DNA of 62,458 nucleotides, filler included, from Platydemus manokwari (Eukaryota): NCBI GenBank assembly GCA_037951405.1. It is 6 parts of 6 records of this genome, joined end to end, with 100 filler letters (N's around TTAATTAATTAA, not from the genome) between each part and the next. Parts side by side here need not be neighbours in the genome. Positions count along the whole stretch, not along the records: positions 46,979 to 62,458 come from JBBMOY011284761.1; 5 more parts are not named here. One strand, 5' to 3'. Shown piece by piece: positions 55,986 to 62,458 of this stretch (position 1 is its first letter; each line of letters starts with the position of its first letter). The notes under the pieces were generated by a model. It saw only the letters and a program-made list of their open reading frames with translations, ran no database searches and was not told where the DNA came from. The position numbers and the translations under genes were made by a program.

Positions 55986-56397
55986 ATGAAAGCTTATAAC
56001 ATTTGTTTATTGCTACTATTTCGTGAAACACGAATTGAAAACGAATCTCAGAGTTTCGAAAGTATATTTAATCAAAATATTCAAACAAATCAATCCATTT
56101 AAAATGATCATTTACACATTAATTAATTTTAAAGTCGCCACGTCGCGCTTTCTTAAAAATCTTACGTTGTATGACCATTTCTAGTTATCGAATTATCTAT
56201 CCGATCGACCCAATGATCATCACAGGTTTTGTCTGAAATTGATGAAATATATTGATGAAGCAAATCGAAAGAAAGTTGATGTGAACAGGATGATCAGAAT
56301 CATAGAAGACAAACAATTTGATCAATTAGATGGCCAATTTGTAAGTTATTTTTTTCAAATATTTGACGCATTTAAAAAAATTAATTATGCCACTTAA
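55986..56397 (+). pseudogene. Small gene or relic carrying one copy of the helical repeat of the neighbouring giant protein
   Basis: 56185-56397 reads LSNYLSDRPNDHHRFCLKLMKYIDEANRKKVDVNRMIRIIEDKQFDQLDGQFVSYFFQIFDAFKK; candidate first exon at 55986-56061 joins only with a 1-nt shift. Confidence 0.5.
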
Positions 56398-57337
56398 TAT
56401 TTGATAACCCGAGTTAAAAGAGTTATTAAATTTGCTTATTCTGTTTATACTTCTTCTATTTCACAGTAATCTATACTTGTGAGAATATTAAAATTTAATT
56501 CCATTTTTACACATTTAATTTTGTATAAAATTATATTTATTTGTTTAGGTAATTGTGTTTGAATTCATAATTTATTATCGTGTCTTTTCAGTTCGTTTTC
56601 AACGCGTCTTTTATATAATAGTAGTAGCTAACAATAGTTATAATGAGTTATTATTTGGTAAATTTTGCAAATGTAGCCCAAGTGCTCTGATAATGAATCA
56701 ATACATTTTAAAAGAAATTATCACTTAAATTTCAAATTTGAACTTCAAATCAAATACTAATTAAAGTAGTTCTTTTTAGGAAGTGTAGGCTCATTCAAGA
56801 TTTAGTTTGATAAACATTGGAAAATTGAATTAGTTATATAATAGACACTTCCAGCCATAATATTTATTTAAAAACTACACGGATCAATTATTTAAACAAA
56901 TACAACGTCTTTCTTTATTTATTCACGTTACTTAATTAAAATGAAATTTTGACTAAATTTATTCAATGCGTTTTTTGTTTATTGTTTTCTTTGGAATACG
57001 AGTTATTACGAACGCATTTACTTAACAAAGTAAAAAAGAAATTGTGATTTTTCAAGAATGATAAAGCTATAATTTAATATTATTAACAATCTGATAGTAC
57101 TTTTCATCACTTCCTATTGCAACTATTGTTAACCTGACTTGACTAAGAAAAATTGGTTTTCAAAACAGAAGAAAAACTAAAATGGTGGGAATCTTTTCAT
57201 TGGAAGGCCAAAATGCAAGTCGCTTAATTAAAACAAATACTTCATGTTTAAGAAAATGAAGAGAACAAAATAATTATCCAAAAGCACTACATTAAGTCAT
57301 CGATAAACTTTATTTTATATTCTAGAATCAAACTTGA

Positions 57338-60300
57338 CTACAATGGTCTTTTACAAATAAATCTTTGTTTCTTTTCACATTTGGCATGTCTTATTATCAA
57401 CTTATCATTGATCTTGCTAATGAAAGAACATAATTGTGATTGATGATGATCGTGTGAATTCGACCTGTAAATTAAATAAAAATCCGGTTAATAATTGAAA
57501 ACATATTTAATAATCAATAACTTGTACATGACATGATTGTTGTTCTCTAATATCACCTTGTTAAAGGCCAAAGCTTGATCCAAATCGTGTATTGATTCAG
57601 TTGATAAAATGTTATCATTAATTGATTGGGTGGTTCTTTTTGAATGATTTTGTAATCTTTCACTCCATTGGCTATTAGTGAAATTGAACACATATCCATT
57701 TTTCATCAAATCAATAGTTTTGTTCATTCCATCAAAAATATTGTCAAATGAATTCACAATTGGTATTTCTAATTCTTCAAATTGATTAGTGTCAGCAGCT
57801 TGAATTATTCGATCGACAACATCCTTAATTGATTGACGATTCTTAAGATCAAAATATTTCAATAAAGTTTTCCAGTTCCATTTTTGTAATAGTTTAATGC
57901 GTTGTTTAATCTTTTGAATCGATAGTGGATTTAAAAAGATGCGAAATTTGTCGCTTAAATTTTCTTCATTTATTAAATGTATTATTTCTTTTAGCTCATT
58001 ACTATAAGGTAAATCTCTACTTATATTGTTAAGGGCATCATGAATCGATTTTTGAATTCTTGATACCCACAAAGAATGATCAATACTTTTCACTCTTTTT
58101 AATAATTCAATCCAGTTACTTGGGATTGATATATTATATTCATCTAATCTTTTCAAAGCGTTGATAATTTCACTGATCCAAATCATGAATTCGATAGATA
58201 TTTCATCGGGTTTTTTACTTTCGAATTTTAACAGAAAGTATTTCAATCGATTAATGATTTTAGTTCGATGTGGTTCCTTAATTGGTTTCAGAATTAGCTC
58301 AAGATTTATATTTTTTAATTGATTGTAAAAAAATATATATTTTTCTAAAAATATATTTCTATCAACGCTTTTATCATTGTTTATAAAAATAATTTTTCTC
58401 TTTTCGTAAAGCATAAAGATTATTTTTATTATTGAATTTTTTAAATTTTTATCTATCTTCTCATATTGTCCATCTTTAATCAATGATATGAACTTTTTGA
58501 TGATTTTAGAAATAATTTGTCTTTGATTTACACTGAAATATTGAATAAGTTCTTCCCATTTCAGTTCTTTAAGATCGTTTGTAAGATTTTTCATTCGTTC
58601 TTTAAAATCTTCTGTGATCTGGGAATTATTATTTCGTAATATTCTCAATTGATCAATAATCGTATGTACGGAATTTAAAAGTTTCGAATCGATTTTATCT
58701 AATTGTTTACTTTCAACCAATTTAATCAATAATTTGATGTTGATAACAAATTGTTGTCTACTTTTTATATCCACATATTTTATCATTTCTTCCCATCTAA
58801 AAGTTTTCAACTCTTCGATTAAACGATTCACCTTGACATATTTTTCTTCAAGTCTCTTAAAATGATTTTTTCGAATTTCTATTAGACCTTTGATTATGGT
58901 TTTTAAGGAATTTAATAGATTTTCATCGATTTTATCTAATTGCTTACTTGTAACGAATTTTATAAATCGTTGAATATTTGTAACGGAACTTTGTCTGCTC
59001 TTTTCATCAACATATTTTATCAGGTCTCCCCATTTCAATTCTTTGAGTATATCGAACAGATGTTTCGTTTCTACACTGATTCGAGGATAATTTGGTCTAA
59101 ATTTTTCCAGTTTCTCAATTATTTTTCCAATCCAAACAAGAAGATTATCGCTAACATTTCCTAATTGTAGATTCTTTGCAAATCCAAAGAATTCTTTGAC
59201 AATTTCCACAACATCTGGTCCCAACTTCTTTCCTATATTTTGAACAACCTCTAATGATTTTAGTTTATCGAAAATACTCAAATAATTGTTAAACTGTCGT
59301 ACAAAACCTTCTGTGAAGTTAGAATCAACCTTAATTACTTCCTTTAATGTTGAGATTATTGTGATAGTAAAATCAATTAATTTTGAGTCCATATTTACGA
59401 AGTTCTCATTGGTTAATAATAAAATGTATATTCTCTCGTTTTCAATGACATCTGGTCCAAACTTGTCTATGAGATATTGAATCGTATCTTCCCATTTCAT
59501 TTGGTCGAACCTATTTAAATAATTATTTATTATCGTTTTGATTTCTTGTGAAATGAAGTAATGATTAGCAATGATGTTCTTCAAATTTTTAATAGTGTTT
59601 CGAATCCAATCTCGAAGTTTTTTGTGGATATTAACAAATTGTTTATTGTCAGTATAATTCAAGAATGTTTCTCGTTGTAAAATCAATTCGTTTCTTCTTG
59701 ATTCGTTGATATATTTTGATAATTCTTTCCATACCAATCGATTTTGCAGCGTATTTAAATCTATAAAAATAATTTTGTGTTTTTCTGGATGGGCTTGGTT
59801 TTCGTTTATTAACATTTTTATTATACGATTTATTTCGTTGAGTAAATCAATATCGATTTTGTTGAATTGTTCGTTTCCCACCAAATAAATGAATGATTTT
59901 ATTGTATTTTCATTTTTCCATTGATTGTTTCCCAGGAGATTCGTCAACATTTCTAGCGAATGCATATCAATCAAAGTTGTCTTATATTTTATCGATATAT
60001 CCCTGACACTGTTTTCAATGATTTCTTTTATTGAATTGAACAGATCAGTAGTGATTTTATTATATTCTTTATTCAGTACCAAATTATTAAATAATGTAAT
60101 TTTGTATGATGATTCTTCTCTTACTTTTCTATCGAAATGCAATACAAGTTCTTGCCATCTCAATTCTCTTAATATCCTTGAAAACTCGGTAATTTTAAAT
60201 GTCCTAAATTTCTCTATTAAATTACTTAACAATTTAAACAAATCACTGTTTATTTCATTAAATCTCCGCTGATCTATCAAGCTGATAAATAGCTTAATTT

Positions 60301-61918
60301 TTGCTACAACTTCTAACGAATTTTTAAAGGCAATCTTTTGAACGATTTTCTCAAATTTCCAGTTTCTCAGCATTTCTGCATATTCGATATATTTATCTAT
60401 ATCCATGTTTTTGGATTCATTTTCGCTTTGATATTTTTGACTGATAAGCCGAAACCTTGAAACAGTCTTCTTTATCCAATCAATAAGTTCGGAATCGATA
60501 TAATGAAACATTTTTTTATCGACCAATAAAGTAAAGACATTTGTACTTTCGTTAATGTACTGTCTTTCATTTTCATCATAATAATTCAAAAGTTGTCTCC
60601 ATTTCAAATCATTTAATTGATCTACATACTCGTAGGATTTTTCAGCAATCTCAGAAATCTCACCATGCTTGAATTTACTAATTAATCTATGAATTGTAAA
60701 TATTTGATGTAGAATATTGATATCTATTTCCGAAAAACGATTCTCATTGATTAATGTGTTAGTTTTTGTAATTATTTCAGCAGCATTATTTATTTTAATT
60801 TCATCAACTATTTCAGCCCAATTCCATTTGTTCAAATCTTTTATAAAATATCCAACTACTTTAGCTATATTCTTTGTCCATGATACATTAGGTTGTGCTT
60901 CAAGACAATCTTCCAATACATCGAGAATTTCATTGAATATAGTTACATTAAGCAGTTTAAAACGTTTTTCATTTGTTATTTTAATTATATTTCCAATTTC
61001 CGGTACATAGTATTTCGGATCGCTTTCACGAATTTTCTTCACAATTTTAGGCCATTTCCAATCTTGTAACAGATTCACAACAACCATAAGAAGTTTGAGA
61101 TCTTTTTCCTTTAAACGTTTTTCATTTCGGTTTTTTATTTTATTAATTATTTCTTTTGAGTCAAATAAATCTTGTTCGGTAATTTTGTTGTACTCATTTG
61201 AATTTATTAATTGAGATATTGTTCTAAGTGTATTAATCCATTTGCTTTGATCAATGCCATCAATTTCATGAATAATATCCTCCCAATTCAAAGATATCAT
61301 CGACTGTAAGATGGATAAAATTTCGTGTCTTTCAAATCCTCCATATTTAATATAAATAACCCATATTCTTTTTAACAGTCTCATTGCAAATTCCACATTT
61401 TCAGAGAGCTCCAAACTTATTTTCTCATAATTTTTATTCTGAACGATAGATAATAATTTTCTTATCGTATTTGTGATGATTATTTTATGCTTATCATCCA
61501 CAAATTTCATTAATTTCTCCCAATTCCATTTTGTTAACCATTCAACATGTGATTTCCATTTGGCTTTATTTCGTATGTAATTATAATTTTTTTCTCGAAG
61601 TTTGTACATCATTCGATAAACGAAATCTTTATATGTAACAAGTAATCTCTGGTCTATTTGATTATAATTTTTATTGTTTATTAGCTTGAATATATTGCTG
61701 ATGCAGCTTTTCCAAATATGTTTCATTTCTGGATTTAATTCTCTGACGAACAATTGCAGATTTGTTTTATTATATTCATCACTCAATTCCGACCATAAAC
61801 GTAAGGTATCTTGAAATCTTCTATTGATTTTTAATTTATGTGAAACATAAATTATATTGTCCATATTGAAGTTGATTTGCGTTGAATCCTTCCAATTAAT
61901 AGTATTTGATTGGTTGAC
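57338..61918 (-). CDS. ~1500-aa tandem helical-repeat protein with C-terminal degenerate C-type-lectin-like domain; exons 61918-57528 and 57464-57338, 5' exon(s) uncertain
   Basis: 4.4-kb stop-free exon in very AT-rich DNA after acceptor ctatctag; ~17 repeats (L/W)xWxxLIxYxD...I..F..LVxxKxFxxIDxxLL; a 63-nt GT-AG intron leads to CSFISK..HAKCEKKQRFICKRPL*. Confidence 0.85.
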
Positions 61919-62458
61919 CTAGATAGAAAATTATCGAAAGAAAAATTAAAACAAATATTATAACAGCTGATCTTCGTTTTCTATTCCATATGAAAGATTC
62001 TTCGCCTTGATTTCTAAAACAGACAATGACTAAAATATATCACAAAGAAAGTCTGTTATAGCGGCAATTTTTTAATATTCATCGTTTTACAATATAAACG
62101 ATTAATGATAACAGAATTTAGGTTGTACAATATAGTCTAGTAAAAACAGTTATAAATACAAAATATTATGTAACAGGGTTGACCAGACTTTCAATTCAAG
62201 TCACTGGATGGAGAATGTTAAGGAACACATATTCTAAACCCCTATGCCCGTCATAAAGAAGTACATACAAACTGTAGTTGTTGTAAACCGCTAGTATTTT
62301 ATAAAGCACGCAATGAAAAGAACTGAAAAGTCTACTTTAATTTCAATTATTCAAACAAATTCATATTATATAAGACTCTGATTTAAAATTTTAAAATTTT
62401 TATTCACTATGAATTCTCACATAAGTGATTCAAAAAGCTTCTCTAATGCAGGTGTGTT

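Noticed and set aside
58940-61010. Plus-strand ORFs inside the giant gene
   Set aside because: Antisense shadows of a long coding exon, with no independent motifs.

Overview
AT-rich eukaryotic genomic DNA with many 40-130 nt GT-AG introns. The overall style suggests a planarian-like flatworm (inference). Five identical 100-nt linkers (44 N + TTAATTAATTAA + 44 N) split the window into six contigs, so adjacency across them is unproven. Recognisable spliced genes: phosducin-like protein (PhLP1/PDCL), a TRAF (RING-ZnF-coiled coil-MATH), a 3'-incomplete thymidine phosphorylase, a divergent rhodopsin-type GPCR and a tandem DUF1330-like protein. The best candidates for new biology are largely missed by the ORF track. 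(1) A tandem pair of two-exon genes for small secreted Cys-rich peptides with a helical-hairpin, toxin-like Cx3Cx6Cx3C framework; one copy has an in-frame TGA exactly at a Cys position. (2) A ~1500-aa protein of ~17 tandem ~75-aa helical repeats ending, via a hidden last exon, in a degenerate C-type-lectin-like domain, with a single-repeat relative facing it. The rest is largely decayed transposons (Gypsy, RLE-type and other LINEs, piggyBac, mariner, MITEs) and microsatellites. All gene models were read by eye.
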